Shown: piece by piece, positions 6,765-18,469 of the stretch
Position numbering within the stretch: position 1 is the stretch's first letter
Layout: each line of letters starts with the position of its first letter
Origin: Gammaproteobacteria bacterium
GTDB taxonomy: Bacteria; Pseudomonadota; Gammaproteobacteria; Chromatiales; Chromatiaceae
Direction of reading: 5' to 3'
DNA: 33,977 nucleotides
NCBI GenBank assembly: GCA_006227775.1
Contig: SBFV01000330.1
Location: forward strand, 1-33,977
Program-made: the position numbers and the translations under genes
The notes under the pieces: generated by a model
Databases searched by the model: none
What the model saw: the letters and a program-made list of their open reading frames with translations, nothing else
Told to the model about the DNA's origin: nothing

Positions 6765-8016
6765 GATACGCAACTACACCCTCAATTTCGGTCCCCAGCA
6801 CCCGGCCGCCCACGGCGTGCTGCGCCTGGTACTGGAAATGGACGGCGAGGTCATCGCCCGCGCCGATCCCCATATCGGCTTGCTCCACCGTGGCACCGAA
6901 AAGCTGGCGGAGACCAAGCCGTATAACCAGAGCATCGGTTACATGGACCGCCTGGACTACATGTCCATGCTCTGCAACGAGCATGGCTATGTGCGGGCCA
7001 TCGAGCGGCTGCTGGGTATCGAGGCGCCCATCCGCGCCCAGTACATCCGGACGATGTTCGATGAGATCACCCGGTTGCTGAACCATCTGCTCTGGCTGGG
7101 CACCCACGGTCTGGACGTGGGGGCGATGACCATGTTCCTGTATTGCTTTCGCGAACGGGAAGACCTGATGGACTGCTACGAGGCGGTTTCCGGCGCGCGC
7201 ATGCATGCCGCCTACTACCGCCCCGGCGGGGTCTATCGTGACCTCCCCGACCAGATGCCGCGCTACCGCGAGGAGCGCAGCAAGTGGCATAGCGAGGCGG
7301 ACTTCAAGCGCCGTAACGAGGCGCGTCAGGGCTCTCTCCTGGATTTCATCGAGGACTTCACCAACCGCTTCCCCGCTTATGTCGACGAGTACGAGACCCT
7401 GCTCACCGACAATCGGATCTGGAAGCAACGCACCGTGGGCATCGGCGTGGTCTCGCCGGAGCGCGCCCTCCAGCTTGGTTTCTCTGGCCCCATGATCCGC
7501 GGGTCCGGCTTTGCCTGGGACCTGCGTAAAAAGCAGCCCTACGCGGCTTACGACCTGGTAGATTTCGACATCCCCGTCGGCCAGAACGGTGATTGCTACG
7601 ATCGCTATCTGGTCCGGGTGGAGGAGTTGCGCCAGTCCAACCGGATCGTCAAGCAATGCGTGGACTGGCTGCGGGAAAACCCAGGCCCGGTGATGATCGA
7701 CGACCATAAGATAGCGCCACCGCCCCGGGCCGAGATGAAGGGAGACATGGAGGCCCTCATCCACCACTTCAAACTTTTCACCGAGGGTTATTGCCCACCC
7801 GCGGGCGAGGTCTATTCCGCGGTGGAGGCGCCCAAGGGCGAGTTCGGTGTCTACCTGATCTCCGATGGGGCCAACAAGCCCTACCGGGTCAAGGTACGCG
7901 CCCCCGGTTTCGCCCACCTCTCGGCCATGGACGAGATGGCCCGTGGCCACATGCTGGCGGACGTGGTTGCCATCATCGGTACCATGGACATCGTCTTCGG
8001 GGAGATCGACCGCTGA
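6757..8016 (+). CDS. nuoD: NADH-quinone oxidoreductase subunit D
   Basis: ATG 6757 overlaps the nuoC stop. The protein reads [32 protein letters not shown]...[12 protein letters not shown]. Confidence 0.95.
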   Translation: MPEIRNYTLNFGPQHPAAHGVLRLVLEMDGEVIARADPHIGLLHRGTEKLAETKPYNQSIGYMDRLDYMSMLCNEHGYVRAIERLLGIEAPIRAQYIRTMFDEITRLLNHLLWLGTHGLDVGAMTMFLYCFREREDLMDCYEAVSGARMHAAYYRPGGVYRDLPDQMPRYREERSKWHSEADFKRRNEARQGSLLDFIEDFTNRFPAYVDEYETLLTDNRIWKQRTVGIGVVSPERALQLGFSGPMIRGSGFAWDLRKKQPYAAYDLVDFDIPVGQNGDCYDRYLVRVEELRQSNRIVKQCVDWLRENPGPVMIDDHKIAPPPRAEMKGDMEALIHHFKLFTEGYCPPAGEVYSAVEAPKGEFGVYLISDGANKPYRVKVRAPGFAHLSAMDEMARGHMLADVVAIIGTMDIVFGEIDR

Positions 8017-8546
8017 TGAGTTTCCGGAGCGCACCCCTCACCATCCCGACCCCGCCCGAGGTCAAGGCCGGTCTCTTCACCCCCGAGATCCGCGCCGCCA
8101 TCGATGCCCAGGTCGCCAAATACCCCGCCGAGTGGAAGCAGTCGGCGGTCATGCCGGCCCTGACCCTGATTCAGGACTGGAATGGGGGCTGGCTGTCGCG
8201 CCAACTTATGGACGATGTCGCCGCCTATCTCGACATGGCGGCCATCGCCGTCTATGAGGTAGCGACCTTTTACAACATGTATGACCTGGAGCCGACGGCC
8301 AAGCATAAGGTCTGCGTCTGCAACAGCGTTTCCTGCATGCTGAATGGCTCCGAAGACCTCATCCATCACGTCGAGCGCAAATACGGCGTCAAGCCCGGGC
8401 AGACGACCGCCGATGGCCGTTTCACCTTCAAGGAGGTGGAATGTCTGGGGGCCTGCCGCCACGCCCCGGCAGTGCTGATTGGTCATAGCTACCATGAGCA
8501 CCTGACCCCGGCGGAACTGGACAAGCTGATCGAGGGGTTGGGCTAA
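8016..8546 (+). CDS. nuoE: NADH-quinone oxidoreductase subunit E
   Basis: The start shares a TGATG overlap with nuoD. The 2Fe-2S ligands are [10 protein letters not shown]...ECLGAC. Confidence 0.92.
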   Translation: MSFRSAPLTIPTPPEVKAGLFTPEIRAAIDAQVAKYPAEWKQSAVMPALTLIQDWNGGWLSRQLMDDVAAYLDMAAIAVYEVATFYNMYDLEPTAKHKVCVCNSVSCMLNGSEDLIHHVERKYGVKPGQTTADGRFTFKEVECLGACRHAPAVLIGHSYHEHLTPAELDKLIEGLG

Positions 8547-9832
8547 TGGTCGAGCGCCAGAACACCGTCTGCTTCCGCACTCTGCATCTGGAACGGCCCT
8601 GGACCCTGGAGGCCTACCGCGGCATTGGTGGTTACGCGCAATGGGAGAAGATTCTGCGCGATCGGCCGGACCCGGATGCCCTCATCGCCGAGATCAAGCT
8701 CTCCAACCTGCGCGGCCGCGGGGGGGCTGGCTTCCCCACCGGCCTCAAGTGGAGCTTCATGCCACGCACGACACCGGGCCAAAAGTACATCGTCTGCAAC
8801 TCGGACGAGGGAGAACCCGGGACCTGTAAGGATCGCGACATCCTGCGTTACAACCCCCACCAACTCATCGAGGGTATGGCCATCGCCGGCTATTGCATTG
8901 GGGCCACGGTGGGTTACAACTATATCCGCGGCGAGTTTTACGAGCCTATCTCCCGTTTCGAGGCGGCCATCGCGGAGGCCTACGCCGCCGGGCTGCTGGG
9001 TAAGGACGTCGCCGGGAGCGGCATCGATTTCGACCTTTACACCCATCTTGGGGCTGGGGCCTATATCTGCGGCGAGGAGACGGCCCTGCTGGAGTCCATC
9101 GAAGGCAAGAAGGGGCAGCCGCGCTTCAAGCCCCCCTTCCCGGCCCAGTTCGGTCTCTACGGTCGTCCCACCACCATCAACAACACCGAATCCCTGGCCT
9201 CGGTGCCGGTGATCCTGGAAAAGGGCGGCCTGTGGTTCCTGGAGCAGGGCTTGCCCAACAACGGCGGCCCCAAGCTGTTCTCGATCAGCGGCCATGTCGA
9301 GAAGCCCGACAATTTCGAGGTTCCCCTCGGCACCCCCTTCAAGGAGCTGTTGGCCCTGGCCGGCGGCGTCCAGGGCGGGCGCAAGCTCAAGGCGGTTATT
9401 CCCGGCGGTTCCTCCGTCCCGGTGGTGCCGGGCGAGGTGATGATGGGCGTCAACATGGATTACGACAGCCTTACCAAGGTCGGCTCCATGCTGGGTTCCG
9501 GGGCGGTCATCGTCATGGCCGAAGGGACCGACATGGTCAAGGTGCTGGCCAACCTGTCCCATTTCTACGCCGCCGAGTCCTGTGGCCAGTGCACACCCTG
9601 CCGGGAGGGGACCGGCTGGCTGGCGCGGGTGCTGCATCGCATCCTCCATGGCCAGGGGCGGCCGGAAGACCTGGACCTCCTCGATAGCGTGGCCGGTCAC
9701 ATCGGTGGGCGTACCATCTGCGCCCTGGGCGATGCGGCGGCCATGCCGGTGCAGAGCTTCCTCAAGCACTACCGCCATGAGTTCCAGCACTACATCGAGC
9801 ACGGCCGCAGCCTGGTCGGGACCGCTGGATAG
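8546..9832 (+). CDS. nuoF: NADH-quinone oxidoreductase subunit F
   Basis: The start shares a TAATG overlap with nuoE. The protein contains [28 protein letters not shown] and [12 protein letters not shown]. Confidence 0.95.
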   Translation: MVERQNTVCFRTLHLERPWTLEAYRGIGGYAQWEKILRDRPDPDALIAEIKLSNLRGRGGAGFPTGLKWSFMPRTTPGQKYIVCNSDEGEPGTCKDRDILRYNPHQLIEGMAIAGYCIGATVGYNYIRGEFYEPISRFEAAIAEAYAAGLLGKDVAGSGIDFDLYTHLGAGAYICGEETALLESIEGKKGQPRFKPPFPAQFGLYGRPTTINNTESLASVPVILEKGGLWFLEQGLPNNGGPKLFSISGHVEKPDNFEVPLGTPFKELLALAGGVQGGRKLKAVIPGGSSVPVVPGEVMMGVNMDYDSLTKVGSMLGSGAVIVMAEGTDMVKVLANLSHFYAAESCGQCTPCREGTGWLARVLHRILHGQGRPEDLDLLDSVAGHIGGRTICALGDAAAMPVQSFLKHYRHEFQHYIEHGRSLVGTAG

Positions 9833-9857
9833 GCCGGCCTGCCACTGAGACAGCGCA

Positions 9858-12218
9858 ATGACGGACAAGATCACCATTGAGATCGACGGTCGCGCCTGCG
9901 AGGCGACCCCGGGTGAGATGATCATCGCGGTCGCTGACCGCGAGGGTATCCCGATCCCGCGTTTCTGCTATCACAAAAAGCTCTCCATCGCCGCCAACTG
10001 CCGTATGTGCCTGGTGGAGATGGAACAGAACGGGCGGCCCTTTCCCAAGCCCGTGCCCGCCTGTGCCACGCCGGTCTGCGCCGGCCTCAAGGTGCAGACC
10101 CGCTCCCCCAAGGCCATCGAGGCGCAGAAGGGGACCATGGAATTCCTGCTTATCAACCATCCGCTGGATTGCCCCATCTGCGATCAAGGCGGGGAGTGCG
10201 AGCTGCAGGATGTCGCCATGGGGTATGGTCGTGACGTCTCGCGCTACATGGAGCGTAAGCGCGTGGTGATGGACGAAGACCTGGGCCCCCTCATCGCCAC
10301 CGACATGACCCGTTGCATCCACTGCACCCGCTGCGTCCGCTTCGGGGCGGAGATTGCCGGTGTGCGGGAACTGGGTGCTACCGGGCGCGGGGAGGGGATG
10401 CGCATCGGGACCTTCGTCGAGCACACCATGGCTCACGAACTGTCGGGCAACATCATCGATCTTTGTCCGGTCGGCGCCCTGACCTCCAAACCCTACCGTT
10501 TCCATGCCCGTGCCTGGGAGTTGTCCCAGGCCCCTGGCCTCGCCCCCCACGATGCCCTGGGCTCCAATCTGAATCTGCATCTGCGCCGTAACCAGGTGCT
10601 GCGGGTGCATCCTCGGGAGAACGAGGCCATCAACGAGACTTGGCTGTCGGATCGGGACCGTTTCAGCTACGAGGGGCTCTACAGCCCGGACCGTCTGACT
10701 AGCCCCCTGGTCAAGAAGGACGGCGCCTGGCAACCGATCGGCTGGTCCGAGGCCCTGCAACTGGCCGCCGCCCGGCTGAAGGCCGCCGGCTCAAGCCTGG
10801 GAACCCTGATGTCTCCCGCCTCGACCCTGGAAGAGATGTACCTCGCCCAGAAGCTCACGCGGGGTCTGGGGTCTCCCGATATTGACAGCCGTCTGCGCCA
10901 GCAGGACTTTCGCGGCGACGGCACCGACCCGCTTTTCCCCTGGCTGGGGGTATCCATCGCCGCCGTCGAACGGCAGCAGGCCATCCTGCTGGTTGGGTCC
11001 GACCTCCGGGCCGAAGTCCCCCTCCTGGCCCACCGCGTCCGCAAGGCGGTCATGGATCAGGATGCCCGCGTCTTCGTCGTCAACCCTTATCGGCTTGATC
11101 TGACTTTCCCGGCCGAACAGTTCCCAGGTACGCCCACCGCCAACCTCGGGGATCTGGCCGCCATCGCCAAGGCCCTGGGGGTCAAGGCCGCGGGCGCGCT
11201 CCAGGACCTGATCGGTCAGGCTGAACCGGCTTCCCCCCATCAGGCCGTGGCCGATGCCCTGCGCCAGGCCGAGCGGGGGCTGATCCTGTTAGGCGCCTTG
11301 GCCGCCGCCCAGCCGGACTATACCCTGCTCAAGGCCCTGGGCGGTGCCATCGCCCAGGCCGCTCGGGTCGAGTTGGGTTTCATTCCGGCGGCCGCGAATG
11401 CCCTTGGCGCCCATCTGGCCGGGGCCCTGCCCCAGGTCGCCCCCGGTGCCCACGAGCCCGAAACGGTCGGCGCCGCGGCTACCGCAATGCTGGCCCAGCC
11501 ACGCCGGGCCTATTTGCTCTGGAACCTGGAACCCGGCCATGACCTGGTCGACCCCGCCTTGGCCCTCAAGGCCCTGGGACAGGCCGATTTCGTTTTGGCC
11601 TGCGTGAGTCATCGCGGTCCCTCCCTGGAGGCGGCTGCCGACCTGCTGCTCCCCATCGCCGCCTATACCGAGACCTCGGGGACCCTGGTCAATGCCGAGG
11701 GCACCTGGCAGGAGTTTCGTGGCGCCGTCACCCCGCCGGGCGAGTCCCGTCCGGGCTGGAAGGTGTTGCGGGTCCTGGGCAATCTCCTCGATCTGGCGGG
11801 CTTCGAGCAGGACAGCTCGGCCCAAATCGCCGCCGAGGTGCGCGCCCTCTGCGCGGGTCTGAGCCCCGGCAATTCCCCGCGTGGCGAGGTCAAGGCCAGT
11901 CCGGCCTTCCCCGCCAGCCTGTGGCGCATTGGTAACGTGCCTCTCTACCGACTCGACCCTCTGGTCCGTCGTGCCCCAGCCCTGCAACGGGCCCCGGGCG
12001 CGGGCTGCTTCCGGGTCCATCTCCATCCGGATCAGGCCAGCGCCCTGGGTCTGGCGGCGGGGGACGAGGTGCTCCTCACCCAGGGGGAGGCCAGCGCTCG
12101 TACCCAGGTCAGCCTGAGCGAGGCGGTCCCGCCAGGCTGCGCCCGCGTCCCCGCGGCGGTGGCCGGCAGCGAGACCCTGGGCGTACAGATCGGCCCCATT
12201 TCGATCGCCAAGGCATGA
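9858..12218 (+). CDS. nuoG: NADH-quinone oxidoreductase subunit G
   Basis: The protein is 786 aa. The N-terminal 2Fe-2S and 4Fe-4S motifs are CYHKKLSIAANCRMCLVE, HPLDCPICDQGGECELQD and CIHCTRCVRF. Confidence 0.95.
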   Translation: MTDKITIEIDGRACEATPGEMIIAVADREGIPIPRFCYHKKLSIAANCRMCLVEMEQNGRPFPKPVPACATPVCAGLKVQTRSPKAIEAQKGTMEFLLINHPLDCPICDQGGECELQDVAMGYGRDVSRYMERKRVVMDEDLGPLIATDMTRCIHCTRCVRFGAEIAGVRELGATGRGEGMRIGTFVEHTMAHELSGNIIDLCPVGALTSKPYRFHARAWELSQAPGLAPHDALGSNLNLHLRRNQVLRVHPRENEAINETWLSDRDRFSYEGLYSPDRLTSPLVKKDGAWQPIGWSEALQLAAARLKAAGSSLGTLMSPASTLEEMYLAQKLTRGLGSPDIDSRLRQQDFRGDGTDPLFPWLGVSIAAVERQQAILLVGSDLRAEVPLLAHRVRKAVMDQDARVFVVNPYRLDLTFPAEQFPGTPTANLGDLAAIAKALGVKAAGALQDLIGQAEPASPHQAVADALRQAERGLILLGALAAAQPDYTLLKALGGAIAQAARVELGFIPAAANALGAHLAGALPQVAPGAHEPETVGAAATAMLAQPRRAYLLWNLEPGHDLVDPALALKALGQADFVLACVSHRGPSLEAAADLLLPIAAYTETSGTLVNAEGTWQEFRGAVTPPGESRPGWKVLRVLGNLLDLAGFEQDSSAQIAAEVRALCAGLSPGNSPRGEVKASPAFPASLWRIGNVPLYRLDPLVRRAPALQRAPGAGCFRVHLHPDQASALGLAAGDEVLLTQGEASARTQVSLSEAVPPGCARVPAAVAGSETLGVQIGPISIAKA

Positions 12219-12232
12219 GGGCGGAATGACCC

Positions 12233-13267
12233 ATGATTGAGCTCTGGAATTCCCTGCCGGAGGTGATCCGGATCCTGGTGAAGATCGTGGTGATCCTCGC
12301 CCCGCTCATGGGCCTGGTGGCCTATTACACCCTGGCGGAGCGCAAGATCATCGGCTACATGCAGATCCGCATCGGCCCCAACCGCGTCGGGCCCCGTGGC
12401 TTGCTCCAGCCCATTGCCGACGCGGTCAAGCTGATGTTCAAGGAGATCATCCTGCCGACCCGAGCGGACAAGACCCTGTTTATCATCGCCCCCCTGCTGA
12501 CCCTGGGACCGGCCTTGGCGGCCTGGGCGGTCTTTCCCTTCGACGAGGGACTGGTCCTGGCGGATATCGACGCTGGCCTGCTCTATATCCTGGCCCTGAC
12601 CTCCCTGGGGGTTTACGGGGTCATCATCGCCGGCTGGGCTTCCAACTCCAAGTACGCCCTCCTCGGCGCCATGCGTTCCGGGGCTCAGATCGTCGCCTAC
12701 GAAATCGCCATGGGTTTCGCCCTGGTCGGGGTCCTGGTCGCCGCCGGCAGCCTCAACCTGGGCGATATCGTCAAGGCTCAGGAAGGCAATCTCCTCACCT
12801 GGTTCTGGCTCCCCCTGTTGCCCCTCTTCCTCATCTATTTCATCGCCGGCGTGGCCGAGACCAACCGCGCGCCTTTTGACGTGGCCGAGGGAGAGTCGGA
12901 GATCGTGGCCGGTTTCCATGTCGAATACTCGGGCATGACCTTCGCCGTCTTCTTCCTCGGCGAATACGCCAACATGATCCTCATCTCCGCCCTCTCCGCG
13001 ACCATGTTCCTCGGGGGCTGGCTGTCCCCCTTGCCGGCGACCTGGGTGGAAGGCGTCTTCCTCCTTGACAGCGGCTTCCACTGGTTGCTGCTCAAGACCT
13101 TCTTCTTCATGTTCCTCTTCCTCTGGTTCCGTGCGACCTTCCCCCGCTACCGCTATGACCAGATCATGCGCCTGGGTTGGAAGGTCTTCATCCCGATCAC
13201 CATCGTCTGGATCTTGGTCGTCGGGCTTGCGGTTGTGTACAAGCTGCCGCCCTGGTGGTCGGCCTAA
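12233..13267 (+). CDS. nuoH: NADH-quinone oxidoreductase subunit H
   Basis: The 344-aa membrane protein contains [19 protein letters not shown] and [26 protein letters not shown]. Confidence 0.95.
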   Translation: MIELWNSLPEVIRILVKIVVILAPLMGLVAYYTLAERKIIGYMQIRIGPNRVGPRGLLQPIADAVKLMFKEIILPTRADKTLFIIAPLLTLGPALAAWAVFPFDEGLVLADIDAGLLYILALTSLGVYGVIIAGWASNSKYALLGAMRSGAQIVAYEIAMGFALVGVLVAAGSLNLGDIVKAQEGNLLTWFWLPLLPLFLIYFIAGVAETNRAPFDVAEGESEIVAGFHVEYSGMTFAVFFLGEYANMILISALSATMFLGGWLSPLPATWVEGVFLLDSGFHWLLLKTFFFMFLFLWFRATFPRYRYDQIMRLGWKVFIPITIVWILVVGLAVVYKLPPWWSA

Positions 13268-13283
13268 GGTCGGGAATCGAGTC

Positions 13284-13775
13284 ATGCTGCAAACCATGCG
13301 CGACTATCTGCGGAGTCTGCTGCTGCTGGAGCTCTTCCAGGGGCTCGGCGTCACCGGCCGCTACCTCTTCAAGACGAAGTTCACCGTTCAGTACCCGGAG
13401 GAGAAGGCACCCATCTCCCCGCGTTTTCGGGGACTCCATGCGCTGCGCCGCTACGAGAATGGCGAGGAGCGCTGCATCGCCTGCAAGCTGTGCGAGGCAA
13501 CCTGCCCGGCCCTGGCCATTACCATCGAGGCAGAGCCCCGCGCCGACGGCAGCCGCCGCACCACCCGATACGACATCGACCTTTTCAAGTGCATCTACTG
13601 CGGTTTCTGCGAGGAATCTTGCCCCGTGGATTCCATCGTGGAGACGAGCTGTTACGAATACTGCTTCGAGAACCGCGGCGAACACATCATGACCAAGGAG
13701 CGGCTGCTGGCTATCGGCGACCAATTCGAGGCCGAGATCGCGGCGGCCCGGGCGGCGGATGCCCCCTACCGCTAG
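13284..13775 (+). CDS. nuoI: NADH-quinone oxidoreductase subunit I
   Basis: This is the track ORF trimmed to ATG 13284. It has two 4Fe-4S motifs, [12 protein letters not shown] and [12 protein letters not shown]. Confidence 0.93.
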   Translation: MLQTMRDYLRSLLLLELFQGLGVTGRYLFKTKFTVQYPEEKAPISPRFRGLHALRRYENGEERCIACKLCEATCPALAITIEAEPRADGSRRTTRYDIDLFKCIYCGFCEESCPVDSIVETSCYEYCFENRGEHIMTKERLLAIGDQFEAEIAAARAADAPYR

Positions 13776-13842
13776 GGCCTGACCCAACATGCCCGTCAAA
13801 CCCACTTCGCCCGAACGCACCTAAACCGGACAGGACCACCCC

Positions 13843-14496
13843 ATGGGCTTCGAAAAGTTTCTCTTCTATGTCCTGGCGGCGACCCTGATCGCCGCGGCTG
13901 GCATGGTGGTCACGCGCCGCAACCCGGTCCATGCCGTCCTTTTCCTGGTGGTTGCCTTCGTCACCAGCGCCATGCTCTGGATGTTGCTGGAGGCGGAGTT
14001 CCTCGCCATCAGCCTGGTCCTGGTCTACGTCGGCGCCGTCCTGGTGCTCTTCCTGTTCGTCATCATGATGCTGGACGTGGACATCGCCACCCTCAAGGCC
14101 CAGTTCATCCGCCATCTGCCCTTGGCGCTGGTGGTCGGTGTCATTATGCTGGTGGAGATCTTTCTCGTGGTCGGGCCGGGCAACTTTGGGGGCGAATCCT
14201 TCCCCAATCCCGCGCCACAGGGCCCCGACTACAGCAATACCCGCGAACTGGGCCTGGTGCTCTACAGCGCCTATCTCTATCCTTTCGAGATCGCCGCCGT
14301 CATTCTGCTGGTGGCCATCGTCGCCGCCATCCGCCTGACCCTGCGGCATCGCCCCGATACCAAGTATCTGGACCCCTCGAAGCAGGTCTTTGTTCGCAAG
14401 GGCCCCGACCGCGTGCGCCTGATCCGCCTGCAGCCGGAACCGCGGCGGGTGACACCCAAAGCCAACCCCGCCTCTGGCCCGGAGAACGAGGAATGA
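13843..14496 (+). CDS. nuoJ: NADH-quinone oxidoreductase subunit J
   Basis: The 217-aa hydrophobic ORF sits in the conserved operon position and contains [17 protein letters not shown]. Confidence 0.9.
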   Translation: MGFEKFLFYVLAATLIAAAGMVVTRRNPVHAVLFLVVAFVTSAMLWMLLEAEFLAISLVLVYVGAVLVLFLFVIMMLDVDIATLKAQFIRHLPLALVVGVIMLVEIFLVVGPGNFGGESFPNPAPQGPDYSNTRELGLVLYSAYLYPFEIAAVILLVAIVAAIRLTLRHRPDTKYLDPSKQVFVRKGPDRVRLIRLQPEPRRVTPKANPASGPENEE

Positions 14497-14798
14497 TCGA
14501 GCTCTCTGACTATCTGATGCTGAGCGGTATCCTGTTCGCCATCAGCATCGCCGGCATCTTCATCAACCGCAAGAATCTCATCGTGCTGCTGATGTGCATC
14601 GAACTGATGCTGCTGGCCGTCAATACCAACTTCATCGCCTTTTCCCACTTTCTGGGTGATATGGCCGGCCAGGTCTTTGTTTTCTTTATCCTCACCGTCG
14701 CGGCCGCTGAAGCTGCTATCGGCCTCGCCATCCTCGTGGTCCTCTTCCGCAGTCGCCGCACCATCGATGTCGAGGACCTGGATGCCCTCAAGGGCTGA
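14493..14798 (+). CDS. nuoK: NADH-quinone oxidoreductase subunit K
   Basis: The protein is 101 aa and its start shares an ATGA overlap with nuoJ. It contains [12 protein letters not shown]...[13 protein letters not shown]. Confidence 0.92.
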   Translation: MIELSDYLMLSGILFAISIAGIFINRKNLIVLLMCIELMLLAVNTNFIAFSHFLGDMAGQVFVFFILTVAAAEAAIGLAILVVLFRSRRTIDVEDLDALKG

Positions 14799-14910
14799 AT
14801 CAGGATGATGAAGTGGATTTAAGGGGATTTCCAGGCCGACCTGATTCGTCTTCCCAATCGGTATCCAGCGCAACAGACCCGAACAAGCCGCCGAAAGAGC
14901 ACAAGAGCAG

Positions 14911-16899
14911 ATGGAAAACGTCTACCTGACTATCGTCCTCGCCCCGTTGCTGGGGTCCATCATCGCCGGGTTCTTCGGGGGCCGGATCGGTCGGGCGGGG
15001 GCCCACTGGGTGACCATACTGGGGGTTGGGCTCTCCTGTCTGCTGTCGCTCTACGTTGTCGTTGGCTTCGTGCGGGGCACCCTCCGAGTCTTCGACGGCC
15101 CGGTCTATACCTGGATGGTCAGCGGGGGTATCCAGTTCGAGATCGGATTCCTGGTCGACAAGCTCACCGCGCTGATGATGGCGGTGGTGACCTTCGTTTC
15201 GCTCATGGTGCATATCTACACCATCGGTTACATGGCGGACGATGAGCACAACTGGCCCAAGGAGTCCCTGGCCGGGAAGAATGGTTACCAGCGCTTTTTC
15301 AGCTACATTTCTCTGTTCACCTTCTCCATGCTGATGCTGGTGATGTCGAACAACTTTCTCCAGCTATTCTTCGGCTGGGAGGCGGTGGGCCTGGTTTCGT
15401 ACCTGCTCATCGGTTTCTGGTCGGTGCGCGAGTCGGCCATCTTCGCCAACCTCAAGGCCTTTTTGGTCAACCGGGTGGGTGACTTCGGGTTCATCCTCGG
15501 CATCGCCGCCGTGGCCATGTACTTCCAATCCCTGGATTATCGGGAGGTGTTCGCCGCGGCCCCGCAACTGGCCAACGTCCAGATCCCCATCTGGGGAGAC
15601 ACACACTGGTCTTTGATGACGGTCATCTGCGTCCTGCTCTTCATCGGCGCCATGGGTAAGTCCGCCCAGGTACCCCTGCACGTCTGGCTGCCGGACTCCA
15701 TGGAAGGTCCGACCCCGATCTCCGCCCTGATCCATGCCGCCACCATGGTCACCGCTGGTATCTTCATGGTGGCGCGCATGTCGCCCCTTTATGAACTGTC
15801 GGAGACGGCCCTCAGCTTCGTCATGATCATTGGCGCCACCACGGCCTTCTTCATGGGTCTGATCGGGCTGGTCCAGAACGACATCAAGCGGGTGGTGGCC
15901 TATTCCACGCTCTCTCAGCTCGGCTACATGATCACAGCCCTGGGGGCATCCGCCTATGCCGCGGGCATCTTCCACCTCATGACCCACGCCTTCTTCAAGG
16001 CATTGCTCTTCTTGGCGGCGGGATCGGTCATCATCGCCATGCATCACGACCAGGACATCCGCAACATGGGGGGGCTGCGCAAGTATCTCCCCATCACCTG
16101 GATCACCTTCCTGCTGGGTTCCCTGGCCTTGATCGGTTTCCCGGGGTTCTCAGGTTTCTTCTCCAAGGATGCCATCATTGAGGCGGTGCATCTGTCCCAA
16201 GTGAGCGGGGCGGGGTACGCGAGCGTCCTCCTGACCCTGGGTGTCTTCATTACGGCCCTGTACAGCTTCCGGCTCTATTTCCTCGTCTTTCACGGGCGGG
16301 AGCGGATGGACGAGCATACCCGTCATCACCTCCACGAAACCCCGGCGGTGGTCTGGGTGCCTTTGGCCCTGTTGGCGGTACCCTCGGTTGTCATCGGCTG
16401 GTTGACGGTGGAGGCGGTACTCTTCGGCGACTGGTTCAAGGATGTCATCATGGTCGCGCCACACCATGATGTCCTGGCCCAGATGGGGGCTGGTTATCAC
16501 GGCCAGGTCGGGTTCGTCCTCCATGGCCTTATGGCGCCACCCTTCTGGTTGGCCATGGGCGGTCTGGCCCTGGCCTGGTACATCTATATGATGAAGCCCG
16601 TCATCGCCGGTTATCTGATGGTCCGGTTCGGGGTCCTCTACCGGATCCTCGACGGTAAATATGGCTTTGACCAGCTCAACATGGCCCTCTTCGCCGGGGG
16701 CAGCCGAGGACTGGGCAAACTCTTCTGGAAGACCGGTGATCAGAAGATCATCGATGGCACCCTGATCAATGGTTCGGCCCACGGGGTGGGTTGGATCGCG
16801 GAGCGCCTGCGTTGCATCCAGACCGGCTATCTTTATCACTATGCCATCGCCATGATTCTTGGGCTGGTGGTCCTGCTGACGGTCTTCGTGACCTTCTGA
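14911..16899 (+). CDS. nuoL: NADH-quinone oxidoreductase subunit L
   Basis: The 662-aa antiporter-like subunit contains FGWEAVGLVSYLLIGFW and KSAQVPLHVWLPDSMEGPTPISALIHAATMV. Confidence 0.95.
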   Translation: MENVYLTIVLAPLLGSIIAGFFGGRIGRAGAHWVTILGVGLSCLLSLYVVVGFVRGTLRVFDGPVYTWMVSGGIQFEIGFLVDKLTALMMAVVTFVSLMVHIYTIGYMADDEHNWPKESLAGKNGYQRFFSYISLFTFSMLMLVMSNNFLQLFFGWEAVGLVSYLLIGFWSVRESAIFANLKAFLVNRVGDFGFILGIAAVAMYFQSLDYREVFAAAPQLANVQIPIWGDTHWSLMTVICVLLFIGAMGKSAQVPLHVWLPDSMEGPTPISALIHAATMVTAGIFMVARMSPLYELSETALSFVMIIGATTAFFMGLIGLVQNDIKRVVAYSTLSQLGYMITALGASAYAAGIFHLMTHAFFKALLFLAAGSVIIAMHHDQDIRNMGGLRKYLPITWITFLLGSLALIGFPGFSGFFSKDAIIEAVHLSQVSGAGYASVLLTLGVFITALYSFRLYFLVFHGRERMDEHTRHHLHETPAVVWVPLALLAVPSVVIGWLTVEAVLFGDWFKDVIMVAPHHDVLAQMGAGYHGQVGFVLHGLMAPPFWLAMGGLALAWYIYMMKPVIAGYLMVRFGVLYRILDGKYGFDQLNMALFAGGSRGLGKLFWKTGDQKIIDGTLINGSAHGVGWIAERLRCIQTGYLYHYAIAMILGLVVLLTVFVTF

Positions 16900-16921
16900 T
16901 TGCCGAGGGAGACCGCTGACC

Positions 16922-18469
16922 ATGCAATTCGCGCTTCCGGTTCTGACGCTGTGCATCTGGCTCCCCATCGTTGGCGGCCTGGCGGTCCTGACGAGTGGCG
17001 ACAAGTCACCCGATGTCTCCCGCTGGGCGGCGCTGGGTTTTTCGGTGTTAACCTTTTTGATCAGCCTTCTGCTGTGGACCGGTTTCGACCCCGCTTCGGC
17101 GGAGATGCAGTTCGTTGAAATCGCCCCCTGGATACCGAGCTTCAATGCTTGGTATCACCTCGGGGTGGATGGCATCTCCATGCCGCTGATCATCCTCACC
17201 ACCTTCATCACTATCCTGGTGATCATCGCCGGCTGGGAAGTCATCCACTACAAGCCGTCCCAGTACCTGGCCGCCTTCCTCATCATGGAGGGGGTCATGG
17301 TGGGCGTATTCTCCGCCCTGGACGCGGTCCTGTTCTATGTCTTCTGGGAAGCCATGCTCATCCCGATGTTCATCATCATCGGGGTCTGGGGCGGGCCCAA
17401 TCGGGTCTATGCCACCATCAAGTTTTTCCTTTATACCTTTTTCGGCTCGGTGTTCATGCTGGTCGCCCTGATCTACATGTATTTCAAGTCAGGTTCCTAC
17501 AGCATTCTGGATTTTCAGCAACTGCCCCTGAGCCTTACTGAGCAGGTCTGGATCTTCCTGGCCTTCCTGGCGGCCTTCGCCGTCAAGGTGCCCATGTGGC
17601 CGGTTCATACCTGGTTGCCGGATGCCCACGTCGAGGCCCCGACCGGCGGTTCGGTGATCCTGGCGGCCATCATGCTCAAGATTGGTGGATATGGCTTCCT
17701 GCGCTTCAGTCTGCCCATCACCCCCGACGCCAGCGCTACCCTCGACTGGCTGGTGATCGCCATGTCCCTCATCGCTGTGGTCTATATCGGTTTTGTCGCG
17801 CTGGTGCAGCAGGACATGAAGAAACTGATCGCCTACTCCTCGATCGCCCACATGGGTTTCGTCACCCTGGGCTTCTTCATCGCCTTCACCATTTTCAACC
17901 GGTCCGAGGCCGAAGGCGGCGTCGTCCTGGGCATGGCTGGCGGCATGGTCCAGATGGTGTCCCATGGCTTCATCTCGGCGGCTATGTTCCTGTGCGTCGG
18001 CGTGCTCTATGACCGTCTCCATTCCCGCGAGATTTCCACCTACGGCGGCGTCATCCATCGGATGCCCGTATTCGGTGCCCTGATGGTATTTTTCGCCATG
18101 GCCAATGCGGGCCTCCCGGGCACCTCCGGTTTCGTTGGCGAGTTCATGGTCATTCTGGCGAGCTTTCAGGCCGATTTTTGGTATGCCTTCCTAGCCGCCA
18201 CCACCCTGATCCTGGGGGCCGCCTATACCCTGTGGATGGTCAAACGGGTTGTCTATGGGCCCGTGACCAGCGACAAGGTGGCGGGGCTGCGGGACGCCAA
18301 CGGGCGTGAGATCCTGGTATTGGGGACCCTGGCCATCGCCGTTCTGGCCCTGGGTGTCTGGCCCGATCCCCTGGTGAACGTAATGGATGCCAGCATCCAA
18401 AATCTGGTTCAGCACATCGGGGTCTCCAAAATCGCGGCTGGCCCAGCGGCGGTCGCGGCCCTGCCCTGA
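16922..18469 (+). CDS. nuoM: NADH-quinone oxidoreductase subunit M
   Basis: The 515-aa protein contains FYVFWEAMLIPMF and VKVPMWPVHTWLPDAHVEAPTGGSVILAAIMLK. Confidence 0.95.
   Translation: MQFALPVLTLCIWLPIVGGLAVLTSGDKSPDVSRWAALGFSVLTFLISLLLWTGFDPASAEMQFVEIAPWIPSFNAWYHLGVDGISMPLIILTTFITILVIIAGWEVIHYKPSQYLAAFLIMEGVMVGVFSALDAVLFYVFWEAMLIPMFIIIGVWGGPNRVYATIKFFLYTFFGSVFMLVALIYMYFKSGSYSILDFQQLPLSLTEQVWIFLAFLAAFAVKVPMWPVHTWLPDAHVEAPTGGSVILAAIMLKIGGYGFLRFSLPITPDASATLDWLVIAMSLIAVVYIGFVALVQQDMKKLIAYSSIAHMGFVTLGFFIAFTIFNRSEAEGGVVLGMAGGMVQMVSHGFISAAMFLCVGVLYDRLHSREISTYGGVIHRMPVFGALMVFFAMANAGLPGTSGFVGEFMVILASFQADFWYAFLAATTLILGAAYTLWMVKRVVYGPVTSDKVAGLRDANGREILVLGTLAIAVLALGVWPDPLVNVMDASIQNLVQHIGVSKIAAGPAAVAALP

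Noticed and set aside
6676-8034. 452-aa minus-strand ORF
   Set aside because: It is the antisense shadow of nuoD in a high-GC genome. It is rich in Arg, Gly, Ala and His, has no ribosome-binding site, and the sense frame has canonical NuoD motifs.
8543-9925. 460-aa minus-strand ORF
   Set aside because: It is antisense to nuoF, the same high-GC artefact.
12032-13297. 421-aa minus-strand ORF
   Set aside because: It is antisense to nuoH and the end of nuoG. Its highly charged low-complexity sequence (runs of E, D and G) is typical of antisense translation of membrane-protein genes.
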